NCBI GenBank assembly: GCA_963933305.1
Contig: CAWVTM010000003.1
Coordinates: 1-42,949, forward strand
Length of the DNA stretch: 42,949 nucleotides
From: an uncultured bacterium
Lineage (GTDB): Bacteria; Bacteroidota; Bacteroidia; NS11-12g; UBA9320
Direction: 5' to 3'
Part shown: piece by piece, positions 1 to 10,123 of the stretch
Layout of the letters: each line of letters starts with the position of its first letter
Numbering within the stretch: the stretch's first letter is position 1
Made by a program: the position numbers and the translations under genes
The notes under the pieces: model-generated
Told to the model about the DNA's origin: nothing
Seen by the model: only the letters and a program-made list of their open reading frames with translations
The model's database searches: none

Positions 1-437
1 GTAACAGCCTGCCCAAAGTCCTTGTCAGGAGTCATCATGTATGTAGTGAATCCTTCTTTTTCTGCTATCGTAGCGAGTGTGACTATTACATCATCGGCTT
101 CGTATCCTTCTTTTTCTATAAGCGGGATATTAAAAGCATCTATGATTTGGCGTATAAAGGGTTCAGATCGTTTTATATCTTCGGGAGTTTCGTCTCTATT
201 TGCTTTATAAAGTGGATATTCTTGTTTACGTATGTTCTCTGATTTATGGTCAAAACAGACTGCAATATGTGTAGGATCATACTTTTCTAACACTTCAAGT
301 AAAGTGGTAGTAAAACCAAATATAGCATTGGTATTCAGACCGTAAGAAGTGATTCTAGGGTTTTTTATGAATGCGTAATACGATCGAAATATGAGTGCAT
401 ACGCATCAAGTAGGAATAGTTTTTTTTCAGCTGACAT
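1..437 (-). CDS. polA: DNA polymerase I, N-terminal 5'-3' exonuclease domain (partial, runs off the window start)
   Basis: Not in the ORF track; translated by hand from ATG at 437: MSAEKKLFLLDAYALIFRSYYAFIKNP...YKANRDETPEDI...GYEADDVI..LA...MMTPDKDFGQ. These are PolA 5'-nuclease motifs. Confidence 0.96.
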   Translation of the reverse strand, partial: MSAEKKLFLLDAYALIFRSYYAFIKNPRITSYGLNTNAIFGFTTTLLEVLEKYDPTHIAVCFDHKSENIRKQEYPLYKANRDETPEDIKRSEPFIRQIIDAFNIPLIEKEGYEADDVIVTLATIAEKEGFTTYMMTPDKDFGQAV

Positions 438-447
438 GATTGATGGT

Positions 448-455
448 CAAAAGTA
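448..455 (-). promoter_or_regulatory. Bacteroidota sigmaA -7 element (TACTTTTG) for polA
   Basis: Exact TAnnTTTG match 10 nt upstream of the polA ATG. Confidence 0.6.
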
Positions 456-502
456 GAAGATTTTTGCATCAATCATATTCTTATTACGTCAATTCAAAAT
501 CC

Positions 503-510
503 TACCTTTG
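503..510 (+). promoter_or_regulatory. Bacteroidota sigmaA -7 element (TACCTTTG) for tyrS
   Basis: Exact TAnnTTTG match. The ORF-track TTG start lies inside it, so the real start is probably ATG 529. Confidence 0.6.
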
Positions 511-528
511 ACCACTTTATCTTTTGAA

Positions 529-1821
529 ATGGCATTTAAAGCAAAATACAACCTAATAGAAGAGCTAAAATGGCGGGGTCTTTATCATCAAGACGTGCCC
601 GGTACTGAGGAACTACTGATGAAAGAATCTGTAGGTGGCTATGTAGGTTTCGACCCTACAGCTGACTCACTACATATTGGTAATATGGTGCCCATTATTC
701 TACTTGTTCATCTTCAAAAAGCGGGGCATAAGCCTTATGCACTTGTAGGAGGAGCCACTGGAATGGTGGGTGACCCAAGTGGAAAGAAAGCAGAAAGAAG
801 CCTTCTAGACGTAGATACATTAAATCATAATGTGGCTAGTGTTCATAAGCAACTGCAGCAGTTTCTAGATTTTGATTGTGGTGATAATAGTGCTGAAATG
901 GTCAATAATTACGATTGGTTCAAGGATTTTAACTTCCTTGATTTTATTCGTGATGTAGGCAAGCACATCTCTGTGAACTATATGATGGCTAAAGATTCAG
1001 TAAAAAACAGATTGGAAGAAGGAATGAGTTTCACAGAGTTTAGCTACCAACTGGTTCAGGGATATGATTTTTATCATCTTTGGAAAGAGAAGAATGTAAA
1101 ACTCCAGATGGGCGGAAGCGACCAGTGGGGGAACATAGTAACGGGAACTGAGCTTATTCGCAGAAAAGGACAAGACCAAGAAGATAACAAGGGATACTGT
1201 CTTACTGCTCCTTTGATTACTAAAGCAGACGGAAGTAAGTTCGGCAAAAGTGAAGGTGGAAATGTTTGGCTAGATGCAGATAAAACTAGTCCGTATGAGT
1301 TTTACCAGTTTTGGATGAATACGTCTGACGAAGATGCCGAGCGATATATCAAAATATTTACACTTCACGACAAGTCCTTCATTGATGGACAAATATCTGA
1401 CCACCAAGAAGCTCCACATCAACGTGCATTGCAAAAGGAATTAGCAAGCTACGTAACTAAGTGGGTGCATGGAGAAGAAGGATATAATGCGGCACTAGCG
1501 GCTACGGAAATACTTTTTGGAAAAGCAACTGCTGAAAGTCTTCGCAGTTTATCAGAAAAGGACTTTCTTTCTGTATTTGATGGAGTAAAAAAATCAGAAG
1601 TTGATGATATAGAGGGAGTTAATATTATAGATATGTGTGGAGATACTGGTTTTTTGGCTAGTAAAAGTGAAGCACGTAGAGCACTCAAAGAGAATAGCAT
1701 AGCCGTAAATAGTGAAAAAGTAACGGAGGATTTCATTTTCTCAGATTCAGATTTGATCAATGGTAAATACATTTTATTGCAGAGAGGAAAGAAAAATAAG
1801 TTTTTAGTTGTTAAGAAATAA
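529..1821 (+). CDS. tyrS: Tyrosine--tRNA ligase
   Basis: YVGFDPTADSLHIGN (HIGH motif), QMGGSDQWGNI, KFGKS (KMSKS motif) and a C-terminal S4-like domain ending RGKKNKF. Confidence 0.97.
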   Translation: MAFKAKYNLIEELKWRGLYHQDVPGTEELLMKESVGGYVGFDPTADSLHIGNMVPIILLVHLQKAGHKPYALVGGATGMVGDPSGKKAERSLLDVDTLNHNVASVHKQLQQFLDFDCGDNSAEMVNNYDWFKDFNFLDFIRDVGKHISVNYMMAKDSVKNRLEEGMSFTEFSYQLVQGYDFYHLWKEKNVKLQMGGSDQWGNIVTGTELIRRKGQDQEDNKGYCLTAPLITKADGSKFGKSEGGNVWLDADKTSPYEFYQFWMNTSDEDAERYIKIFTLHDKSFIDGQISDHQEAPHQRALQKELASYVTKWVHGEEGYNAALAATEILFGKATAESLRSLSEKDFLSVFDGVKKSEVDDIEGVNIIDMCGDTGFLASKSEARRALKENSIAVNSEKVTEDFIFSDSDLINGKYILLQRGKKNKFLVVKK

Positions 1822-1823
1822 GG

Positions 1824-2669
1824 ATGTTAACATTAGACCCAAAAGAATTACCAATACCGAAACTGCATCACTATTTGTTGGGTAGTATTGGTCCAAGACC
1901 GATAGCCTTTGCTAGCACTGTGGATGCAGAAGGAAATAGAAATTTGGCACCGTTTAGCTTCTTCAATGTGTTCAGTGCTAATCCACCGATACTGATATTC
2001 TCGCCTGCAAGAAGCGGACGCACGAATACGACTAAAAATACACATGATAATGTGAAGGAAGTAGCTGAGGTGGTAATCAATGTTGTAAACTACGATATGG
2101 TGCACCAGATGAGTTTAGCTAGTTCACCGTTTGAAGCGGGTGTAGATGAATTTGTGAAAGCAGGATTTACACCTATAGCCTCAGATACTATTAGACCCTT
2201 TAGAGTGAAGGAGTCACCCGTACAGATAGAGTGTAAAGTCATAGAGATAAAAGAGTTAGGTCAAAATGGCGGAGCAGGGAATTTGGTAATTTGCGAAGTA
2301 CAAAAAATACACATCGATGAGCGTGTATTGGATGAGAATCAAATGGTAGATCAGCAGAAGATAGATCTAGTAAGCCGTATGGGCGGAAACTGGTACTGCC
2401 GAGCAAATGGTGCCTCTATGTTTGAAGTAGATAAACCAATCACAACTATCGGAATAGGAGTAGACTCATTGCCAATGAAAATAAGAACAAGTAGTCACCT
2501 GACGGGGAATGATCTTGGAATTTTGGGTAATATGGAAAGTATACCCACCGTAGAAGAAATAAAAAGGGACCTCTCGGTCATGGATACCCCGTCTTTTTCT
2601 TTAGCTAAAGAGTTACTCAGTGAAAACAAACCGCAGCTTGCATATGCTGTCTTAACACAAGTACTGTAA
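1824..2669 (+). CDS. Flavin reductase family protein (DIM6/NTAB-like)
   Basis: PRPIAFASTVD..G..NLAPFSFFN, T..NV.EV.EVVINVV and VKESPVQIECKV motifs. Confidence 0.88.
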   Translation: MLTLDPKELPIPKLHHYLLGSIGPRPIAFASTVDAEGNRNLAPFSFFNVFSANPPILIFSPARSGRTNTTKNTHDNVKEVAEVVINVVNYDMVHQMSLASSPFEAGVDEFVKAGFTPIASDTIRPFRVKESPVQIECKVIEIKELGQNGGAGNLVICEVQKIHIDERVLDENQMVDQQKIDLVSRMGGNWYCRANGASMFEVDKPITTIGIGVDSLPMKIRTSSHLTGNDLGILGNMESIPTVEEIKRDLSVMDTPSFSLAKELLSENKPQLAYAVLTQVL

Positions 2670-2670
2670 A

Positions 2671-3204
2671 ATGAATTTTCAAAAATTATTATTCAAGTTT
2701 ATAATCGTATTAACTTATTTATTACGAGTAGCTCTGCTCATACTTCCCGTAGCACTGGTAGTAGTGATTACCAAGGAGGGCGGATGGAAATATGGCTTTA
2801 CCTTTATTCAAAACAGTTTGAATGTGGCGTTCTTTGTTTCGTTTGCTATTGGATTTTTGGTAAGTATGTATCACGCCGTGAGTTTTGACGAAGTGGAAGG
2901 TGCTCCAGATCAGAATTATATGAAAAGTCACCAACAGGTTTACGTGAGTAGTGATAGAGATATTAAAGAAGTATTGGACTGGATAGTGTCTAATGAGAAG
3001 TATAAAAATGCTCATATAGAAAATGGAGTAATTTATGCGAAGAAGAAAGTTCATTTTCTTAGTGCAGATAAGGTTGAGGTTTCTAAAAGTGAAGGGGTAT
3101 TCACTTTGTCTAGTAAACCGTTTGTTAAGTGGTGGTTTATAGATTTCGCTAGAAACTATAAGACTGTAAAAGCGTTAGCCAAATACATAAAACTGAATAA
3201 ATGA
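2671..3204 (+). CDS. Hypothetical membrane protein (two N-terminal TM helices)
   Basis: Tightly packed in the operon, two hydrophobic segments, no family recognised. Confidence 0.7.
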   Translation: MNFQKLLFKFIIVLTYLLRVALLILPVALVVVITKEGGWKYGFTFIQNSLNVAFFVSFAIGFLVSMYHAVSFDEVEGAPDQNYMKSHQQVYVSSDRDIKEVLDWIVSNEKYKNAHIENGVIYAKKKVHFLSADKVEVSKSEGVFTLSSKPFVKWWFIDFARNYKTVKALAKYIKLNK

Positions 3205-3770
3205 AAGTAGGAATAATCTCTGGCTCTGCCAGAAAAGGAAATAATACAGTCAGGGTTGCAAAAGCGATTCAAAAAAGCTTAGGAAACGGAGTGATTGTCG
3301 ATTTTCAAGAGTATGATCTTCCGAATTTTGCAGAAGGGTGGATTAATCCAGGGAGCGAAACAACTTTTCAAAAGCATTTAATAAATACTATAGATGAGTC
3401 AGATCTTCTCATTGTGCTTACTCCAGAGTACAATTGGTTTCCAAGTGCAGAGATCATAAATACCATACACCAGTTGGCAGGGGCCAGCTATAAGCATATT
3501 TTTGATGATACTGTAGTAGCTAATGTGGGAGTCAGCAGCGGTAGAGGAGGACGTATGCCAGCAGTACAGTTGGGCTACGTTTTCAATAAAATTTTCAATG
3601 TGTTTGACCTCAATAGTATTACGAGTCCTCGGACCTTCGAAGCCCAGGAAGTTACCAAGTGTATAGATGAGCAAGGTAGTTTACTTGATAACGAGATGTT
3701 TAACAAAGGGTTTGAATCCTTCATTTCGTACTCAGTAAAAGTTGCTCAAAGATGGCAGGTAAGTAGCTAG
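3201..3770 (+). CDS. NADPH-dependent FMN reductase (flavodoxin-like fold)
   Basis: IISGSARKG, VLTPEYN and GVSSGRGG motifs. Confidence 0.88.
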   Translation: MKVGIISGSARKGNNTVRVAKAIQKSLGNGVIVDFQEYDLPNFAEGWINPGSETTFQKHLINTIDESDLLIVLTPEYNWFPSAEIINTIHQLAGASYKHIFDDTVVANVGVSSGRGGRMPAVQLGYVFNKIFNVFDLNSITSPRTFEAQEVTKCIDEQGSLLDNEMFNKGFESFISYSVKVAQRWQVSS

Positions 3771-3807
3771 ATTATTCTATCTTCGACCACTTAATTTGTG
3801 TGATCAT

Positions 3808-6690
3808 ATGAAGAATAATTTATGTATAGGTGTTTTTATGTTTTGTGGGCTCTTCAGCTTTGGACAAAACACCAGTTTCTTAAAAATAATAAACAATGCG
3901 AACGCTGATAAGGCGGTAGCTTCATTTCAGAAGAGTAATAGTGATTACTTCTTATTGGCGAATACCACATCTAGTGGCCAAGGCGGTATAGACTATCAGC
4001 TAACAAAAACAGATGGCTTAGGTAACAGTCTATGGTCATACACCTATGGATTATCTGATGATGACGTAGCCACTAATATGAAGCCAACTTCTGATGGTGG
4101 GGCAATAATATGTGGGTACACTACGAATAGTTTTACTGGAGAGGACGCCTTTATCAGTAAAGTTTCCTCCAGTGGAGTTCTCCAGTGGTCCAGAAGTATT
4201 GTCACTGACAGTGCTGAAAGAATTACTGATGTGGTGCAGTCTAGACAAGGAAGTTTTTATGCTACAGGCTATATACTCCAAGATACAATGGAGGAAAATG
4301 TGCTGGCTGTAATGCTTAGCAGCTCAGGTGCTGTGAATTGGGTTAAAACAATAGGTGGCGATGGCAATGAAAGAGGTGCAGCTATTTTAGAAGCATCAAA
4401 TGATGATATAATTATAGTAGGGAGTACTACTAATGACTCCGTGACCTTCGGGGGTACTGGAGATACGGATGCATACCTCGTGTCGCTTGATGTTTTTGGG
4501 AGTCTGATAAAAGCAAGAAATTTAGGCTCTAGTGTTTTTAACGAAGCTTCTCATATACTACAGACGGGTACTAACGAGTATAGTGTAGCCGGCAATATGT
4601 ACAACTCTATTTTTGCTAATATAGATGTGTTTATACAAAAAGTAGATACAAATTTTAATCTTATTTCAGGCAGTTTCTATTCCTCCGTAGGCGATGATGT
4701 CCTTATGGATTTTAGAGTTGGCTCTGGATCTAATGTGCTAATGGCAGTTAGTAGTGATTTGCCTTCATCTCCAAGGGATCTTGTTTTTTTTGAAGTGAGT
4801 GCTGCCGCTGGAGTAAGTTCAGCTATTGTAGTAGGGGGCACTATGTCAGATGGTCAGTCTGGTGCATTTATTTCAGGGACACCTACTATTGGTTTTAGTT
4901 TATTCACCTCAGGGAATTCCTTTGGTAGTACATCTTCAGAAGACTTATACTTAGCTAAGCTGTTACCTAATTATACAGTGGATTGTCTGTTAGGAGGTCA
5001 GCCTATAGACTTTGGTTCTACATCTTTTTCTACGGATACATTTGAGCATATAACGACAATTTTATCAAATTCACTGGTTACGCTAACTAGAGCATCAGTT
5101 ACGAATAGTGATAGTACGGTATGTTGCAGACTAGAAGCACGGACAAGCGGAGATACGTTATTTTTATGTTCTGGCACATCTGTAAATTTAGGAAGAAGTA
5201 CTATTTCGGGATATGTCTATAATTGGACAGCCATTGCGGGAGGCACTTTTTCTGCTAGTAATGCTAACCCTTTGGTATCACCCGCTGTGAGTACCACCTA
5301 CAAGCTAGTAGTAACTTCGGCTGATGGATTGTGTATTGCCGACTCTGCAACTGTTAGGGTAAATGTAAGCTCACGGATGACTCAAATACCTTTAATAGAC
5401 ACCTTTTTTTGTGCAGATAACACTTATACATTAAATGCCCAAAGTGGAATGATATTTTATGAATGGAATAATAGATTAGCTACATATGCCGGTGCCACTA
5501 GAGTAGTCACTGCTTCTGATACATTAAACCTAAGGATGTTAGATGCTAATGGTTGTCTGTATACTGATACGGTCATGATAGATAAGAAAGCACTGCCAGT
5601 AGTTGATTTAGGTGTGGATACTACTATATGTGATAATGTGATGATTACATTTAATGGTCCAGATAATATGGATTCTTACGTGTGGAACGGAGTTGCTGGT
5701 GTAGCTCAGACGTATACTACTATGTCCTCTCAGATACATACGCTTTTAGCTATTGATTTTTTTGGTTGTGAGGCTTCGGATGACGTTCGGGTGCTTACTA
5801 AGCCTTCATCTAGCCTAGACCTAGGTCGGGATACTGCTGTGTGTGCCGGAGAGAGTATTACCTTCTTTGGCCCTTCTTTCTTTACAGGGTATAAATGGAA
5901 TGGAGTTGCAGTAGCTAGCCCAGAGTTTGTGAGAACCACTTCAGGTGAGGTTACCGTAGAAGCTAAAAATAGTTTTGGCTGTCCAGCGTATGATACTGTA
6001 ATGCTTACAGTAAGCGAATTGCCAGAGTTCTCTTTGGGAAATGATACTGGATTTTGTGATAACGTAGATGTTACATTATTGGGGCCTGCTGGGTTTACAT
6101 ATACGTGGTTTAATGGTACTACAGATAGACTCTACCAGGCAAAAGGTGCTGGATTATTTTATCTTACTGTAGAGGATGTGATAGGCTGTGAGTATACAGA
6201 TAGTATGGTTATAGAAGAGTATACGAGTCCCAGTATTACACTAGGCCCAGACACTAGTCTTAGAAGCTTCGACCCTCTAGTGCTTACTCCTGGTTCTGAT
6301 TTTGAAGAGTACACATGGAGTACTGGTGAGAGTACAGAGAGCATATCTGTTACAGAAAAAGGAACCTACTCTGTCACTGTCATCGATACTAACGGATGCA
6401 CCGGAAGTGCACAAATGCAAGTGCTCAGTGCAGCAAATGTATCTTCTATCAATGGGGTAACGTATAAAGTATACCCTAATCCTGCTTCAGATCGCTTTAC
6501 ATTTACGAGTAGTACACCGTTGCAAGAGGCAGTTTTAAGTCTTATAGACGTAAATGGTAGAGTAGTGTCTAAGGTTGCTGTAAATGGGGACTCTGTGGTA
6601 GTTAGCGTGGTAGATATGCCGGCCGGACTATACAAACTAGTGTTGAATGATAAGAATAATGTGTTTACGTTCAGTATCTTAGTGAAGTAA
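3808..6690 (+). CDS. T9SS type A sorting-domain protein with an N-terminal repeat/beta-propeller region and tandem Ig-like repeats
   Basis: Signal peptide from ATG 3808; G..(L/V)W..T.G propeller-type repeats; repeated LG.DT..C ... Y.W ... GC units; CTD VYPNPASD...LIDVNGR...MPAGLYKL. Confidence 0.85.
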   Translation: MKNNLCIGVFMFCGLFSFGQNTSFLKIINNANADKAVASFQKSNSDYFLLANTTSSGQGGIDYQLTKTDGLGNSLWSYTYGLSDDDVATNMKPTSDGGAIICGYTTNSFTGEDAFISKVSSSGVLQWSRSIVTDSAERITDVVQSRQGSFYATGYILQDTMEENVLAVMLSSSGAVNWVKTIGGDGNERGAAILEASNDDIIIVGSTTNDSVTFGGTGDTDAYLVSLDVFGSLIKARNLGSSVFNEASHILQTGTNEYSVAGNMYNSIFANIDVFIQKVDTNFNLISGSFYSSVGDDVLMDFRVGSGSNVLMAVSSDLPSSPRDLVFFEVSAAAGVSSAIVVGGTMSDGQSGAFISGTPTIGFSLFTSGNSFGSTSSEDLYLAKLLPNYTVDCLLGGQPIDFGSTSFSTDTFEHITTILSNSLVTLTRASVTNSDSTVCCRLEARTSGDTLFLCSGTSVNLGRSTISGYVYNWTAIAGGTFSASNANPLVSPAVSTTYKLVVTSADGLCIADSATVRVNVSSRMTQIPLIDTFFCADNTYTLNAQSGMIFYEWNNRLATYAGATRVVTASDTLNLRMLDANGCLYTDTVMIDKKALPVVDLGVDTTICDNVMITFNGPDNMDSYVWNGVAGVAQTYTTMSSQIHTLLAIDFFGCEASDDVRVLTKPSSSLDLGRDTAVCAGESITFFGPSFFTGYKWNGVAVASPEFVRTTSGEVTVEAKNSFGCPAYDTVMLTVSELPEFSLGNDTGFCDNVDVTLLGPAGFTYTWFNGTTDRLYQAKGAGLFYLTVEDVIGCEYTDSMVIEEYTSPSITLGPDTSLRSFDPLVLTPGSDFEEYTWSTGESTESISVTEKGTYSVTVIDTNGCTGSAQMQVLSAANVSSINGVTYKVYPNPASDRFTFTSSTPLQEAVLSLIDVNGRVVSKVAVNGDSVVVSVVDMPAGLYKLVLNDKNNVFTFSILVK

Positions 6691-6697
6691 ATTATAC

Positions 6698-7612
6698 ATG
6701 TCTATAGTTTTACAGGGTCTAACAAAGCTGTACGGAGAGCAGCGTGCTATCGATGATGTGTCTTTTAGTATAGGCACAGGAGAAATTGTAGGTTTTTTAG
6801 GCCCAAATGGTGCAGGAAAGAGTACTACTATGAAAATCATCTGTGGGTATGTACCTGCCACTTCTGGTACTGCTTGTGTCTTAGATATGGATGTAGCTAA
6901 AGATCCTATAAAAGTGAAAAAACGTATAGGTTATCTTCCTGAGTTAAATCCGCTATATACAGATATGTATGTCACGGAGTACCTTAGGTTTAATGCAGAA
7001 ATACATAAGTTAGAAAATCCAAAAGAAGAAATAGAGCGAGTGATAGCAGCAACTGGGCTTACACTAGAACGTAAGAAAAAGATAGGCCAGCTCTCCAAAG
7101 GGTATAAGCAAAGGGTGGGATTAGCTCAAGCACTTATAAATGATCCAGATGTGTTAATATTAGATGAGCCTACATCAGGGTTAGACCCAAATCAAATGAG
7201 CGAGATTAGGCAGTTAATATTAGCTTTAGGCAAAAACAAGACAATCCTGTTATCTTCCCACATTATGCAAGAAGTGGAAGCTATGTGTAGTCGAGTCATC
7301 ATTATAAATAATGGCAAGATAGTGGCGGATGACAGTGTAGAGGCTATCAAACAGAAGCTTACAAGTAAAAATGCGGTACGCATAGTTAAGTTTAGAGAAA
7401 GTATAAATATGTCTGAGTTGGAATCTTTAGAAGGAGTCAAGGAAGTAGTATTAGAAGCTACTAACACGTATAAGGTGACGGGAGATGGTCACACAGATTT
7501 GGCTGAGATTGTATTTAATTTTGCGGTAGCTGCTAAGACCATTATTTTAGAACAGCAGGAGCAGTCAGAATCTTTAGAAGTGGTATTTCAACAGTTGACC
7601 AAGAATGCTTAG
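6698..7612 (+). CDS. gldA: Gliding motility ABC transporter ATP-binding subunit
   Basis: Walker A GPNGAGKS, signature LSKGYKQRVGLAQ, Walker B LILDEPT; directly upstream of gldF and gldG. Confidence 0.92.
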   Translation: MSIVLQGLTKLYGEQRAIDDVSFSIGTGEIVGFLGPNGAGKSTTMKIICGYVPATSGTACVLDMDVAKDPIKVKKRIGYLPELNPLYTDMYVTEYLRFNAEIHKLENPKEEIERVIAATGLTLERKKKIGQLSKGYKQRVGLAQALINDPDVLILDEPTSGLDPNQMSEIRQLILALGKNKTILLSSHIMQEVEAMCSRVIIINNGKIVADDSVEAIKQKLTSKNAVRIVKFRESINMSELESLEGVKEVVLEATNTYKVTGDGHTDLAEIVFNFAVAAKTIILEQQEQSESLEVVFQQLTKNA

Positions 7613-8333
7613 TATCTTTAAAAAGGAAATACGCAGTTTTTTGAGTTCTTTAATAGCGTACGTAGTTATTATAGTTTTTTTACTAGTAATTGGTTTGTTC
7701 ACTTGGATTTTTGCAGATGGTAATGTGCTGGCTCAGGGGTATGCTAATCTAGATATATTGTTTTTTATGGCACCTTGGGTGTTTATATTTCTCATTTCAG
7801 CCATTACTATGCGTTCTTTTTCAGAAGAGATTAAACAGGGTACGTTTGAAGTATTGAGTACTAAGCCTATTACAGATGTACAGATAGTGCTCGGTAAGTA
7901 CCTAGCATCAGTGAGCTTGATAGTATTTGCTATCTTGCCTACATTATTATACTTTTACTCTGTATATCAGTTGGGTCTTCCCAAAGGAAATGTAGATGTA
8001 GGAGCTACTTTGGGTTCATATATAGGGCTAGTGTTGCTAGGGGCGTCTTATGCAGCCATAGGGGTATTCTCTTCTGCTGTTACTCCTAATCAGATAGTAG
8101 CATTCATACTTAGTATGTTCTTATGCTTTTTCGTTTATGTAGGGTTTGATCAGTTGAGTAACTTGTCCTTGTTTGGAGGACTAGATAGTTGGGTTCAGTC
8201 ACTGGGTATTCAAGTGCACTACGAATCCATCAGTAGAGGAGTAGTAGATACCAGAGACCTGGTATATTTTGGCTCTATTGTGGTGTTTTTTTTAGGTTTG
8301 ACATTAGTAGTTTTAGATAGTAGAAAATGGTAG
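7605..8333 (+). CDS. gldF: Gliding motility ABC transporter permease
   Basis: KKEIRSF.SS.IAY, AITMRSFSEE...GT.E.L.TKP and HYESISRGVVDTRD motifs; six TM segments. Confidence 0.94.
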   Translation: MLSIFKKEIRSFLSSLIAYVVIIVFLLVIGLFTWIFADGNVLAQGYANLDILFFMAPWVFIFLISAITMRSFSEEIKQGTFEVLSTKPITDVQIVLGKYLASVSLIVFAILPTLLYFYSVYQLGLPKGNVDVGATLGSYIGLVLLGASYAAIGVFSSAVTPNQIVAFILSMFLCFFVYVGFDQLSNLSLFGGLDSWVQSLGIQVHYESISRGVVDTRDLVYFGSIVVFFLGLTLVVLDSRKW

Positions 8334-10114
8334 CTAAGACAAAATTAAGGACAGCAAATAGAAATAAGGTTATTAGAAATGGATTGTTATTCCTGGCTGG
8401 AATCATTCTTTTAAACGTTCTGGCTAGTCGCTTGTATAAGCGTATAGACCTTACTAAAGAAAAGCGTTACACGTTGTCTAGCTCTACTGTAGACCTAGTA
8501 GATAAAATGGATGATGTAGCCTATGTGACTATTTTTTTAGATGGCGACCTGCCGCTGGAGTATGATCGGCTAAAGTCTGCTACTCGAGATATGCTAAATG
8601 AGTATAAACTCATTTCTGGAGGAAAAATTAAGTTTGATTTTGAAGACGTATTAGAAGATAAAGACATCAATGAAAAGGAGGCGATACTAAAAGAGTTTTT
8701 TGGAAAGGGTTTAAAGATTGAGCGTCCAGAGACTAAACCGGATGAAGCACCGACAGATAAATTCATTATTCCTGCGGGTGTGGTGTTTTATAAAGGGAAG
8801 GAGTATCCATTAAATTTATTGAAGAGAGATTTTGGAAAACCACTAGAGGAAGAGATAAACAGTTCTATCGAATTGTTAGAGTACGAGATTGGTACAGTAT
8901 TAAGAAAAGGTATAGTTGGTAAGGATGTGAGAATAGCATTTACTGCAGGTCACGGAGAGTTAGGAGAGATGGAAACTGCGGATATATCTAGTGCTATGGC
9001 AGAGTTCTATGAGTTAGAGCGAATCAATTTAAATTTATTGGATAGTAATTGCTATAAGGTTTTTGCTAGCGACGTGGCTGATAATCCAGATAAACCAGTG
9101 TTTACGGTATTGGTAGAAGGTCTCATTCGCAAGTTAAGCGAGTATGATGGAGTTATTGTAGCTAAGCCAACTACGGAGTTTACCGAGCCAGAAAAATTTG
9201 TACTGGATCAGTATGTGATGAACGGAGGAAAAATTATTTTCTTAGTAGAAAACCTCATTGCAGAGATGGACTCTGTAGCTAAATACGGACAAGTAGCTAC
9301 CAGTAATCATAAGCATAATTTGGACGATTTACTCTTTCACTACGGAGTAAAAGTGCAACCCACACTTATACAAGACTTACAATGTCATGGTATTCCCGCT
9401 ATAAATCAGCAAAATAATCGGCCAGGTTTTTGGCCTTGGATGTATTATCCGTTGTTTAATGCGGTAGATGATAATCCAGTATCTAAAAACCTAGAAAATA
9501 TTTGGGGTCGGTACTGTAGTACGTTAGATACTACTGCTCGTAAGTCATTGAGAAAAACTGTTTTGCTTAGGTCTTCCCAGCGATCTAGGATAGCAGCTAA
9601 CCCGGTGCTTATTTCGCTGGACATGCTAAAGACGAAGCCAAATCCTGCCAATTTCACGAACGGGAATAAGATAGCAGCAGTATTGGTGGAGGGTGAGTTT
9701 ACTAGTCCATTTAGATATAGAGAGGGGGTCAAGAGGGCTTTTGATATAAAGTATAAAGAAGGGGTGATGAATAATGCCATGATTGTAATAGGGGATGGAG
9801 ATCTGATACGAAATCAAGTGCATTCAGATGGACGTGTATATCCTTTGGGGTATGATAAGTATGGTTCTGAGTATGCAGGAATAAATAAGGAGTTTGCTAA
9901 TAAGAAGTTTTTTCTGAACTGTGTTGATTTCTTGTGTGACGAGTCTAATCTCATAGAAGTGAGAAGTAAAGAAGTGGTATTGCGTCTTTTGGATAAGGAA
10001 AGAGTAAAGCAAGAAAAGGTGTATTGGCGGACGCTTAATATGGTGCTGCCTATCTTATTGGTGTTAATTTTTGGATTAGTCAATGCGTGGTACCGCAAAC
10101 GTAGATGGGTGTAG
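8327..10114 (+). CDS. gldG: Gliding motility ABC transporter substrate-binding protein
   Basis: RIDLTKEKRYTLS, GHGEL, LDQYVMNGGK, PLGYDKY, FANK.F.LNCVD.L; C-terminal TM followed by RKRR. Confidence 0.94.
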   Translation: MVAKTKLRTANRNKVIRNGLLFLAGIILLNVLASRLYKRIDLTKEKRYTLSSSTVDLVDKMDDVAYVTIFLDGDLPLEYDRLKSATRDMLNEYKLISGGKIKFDFEDVLEDKDINEKEAILKEFFGKGLKIERPETKPDEAPTDKFIIPAGVVFYKGKEYPLNLLKRDFGKPLEEEINSSIELLEYEIGTVLRKGIVGKDVRIAFTAGHGELGEMETADISSAMAEFYELERINLNLLDSNCYKVFASDVADNPDKPVFTVLVEGLIRKLSEYDGVIVAKPTTEFTEPEKFVLDQYVMNGGKIIFLVENLIAEMDSVAKYGQVATSNHKHNLDDLLFHYGVKVQPTLIQDLQCHGIPAINQQNNRPGFWPWMYYPLFNAVDDNPVSKNLENIWGRYCSTLDTTARKSLRKTVLLRSSQRSRIAANPVLISLDMLKTKPNPANFTNGNKIAAVLVEGEFTSPFRYREGVKRAFDIKYKEGVMNNAMIVIGDGDLIRNQVHSDGRVYPLGYDKYGSEYAGINKEFANKKFFLNCVDFLCDESNLIEVRSKEVVLRLLDKERVKQEKVYWRTLNMVLPILLVLIFGLVNAWYRKRRWV

Positions 10115-10123
10115 AGGTTTGAA

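Noticed and set aside
81-83. PolA EADDVIVTLA, with Val where Gly or Ala is usual
   Set aside because: A single non-catalytic substitution, possibly a variant or sequencing error; the acidic residues are intact.
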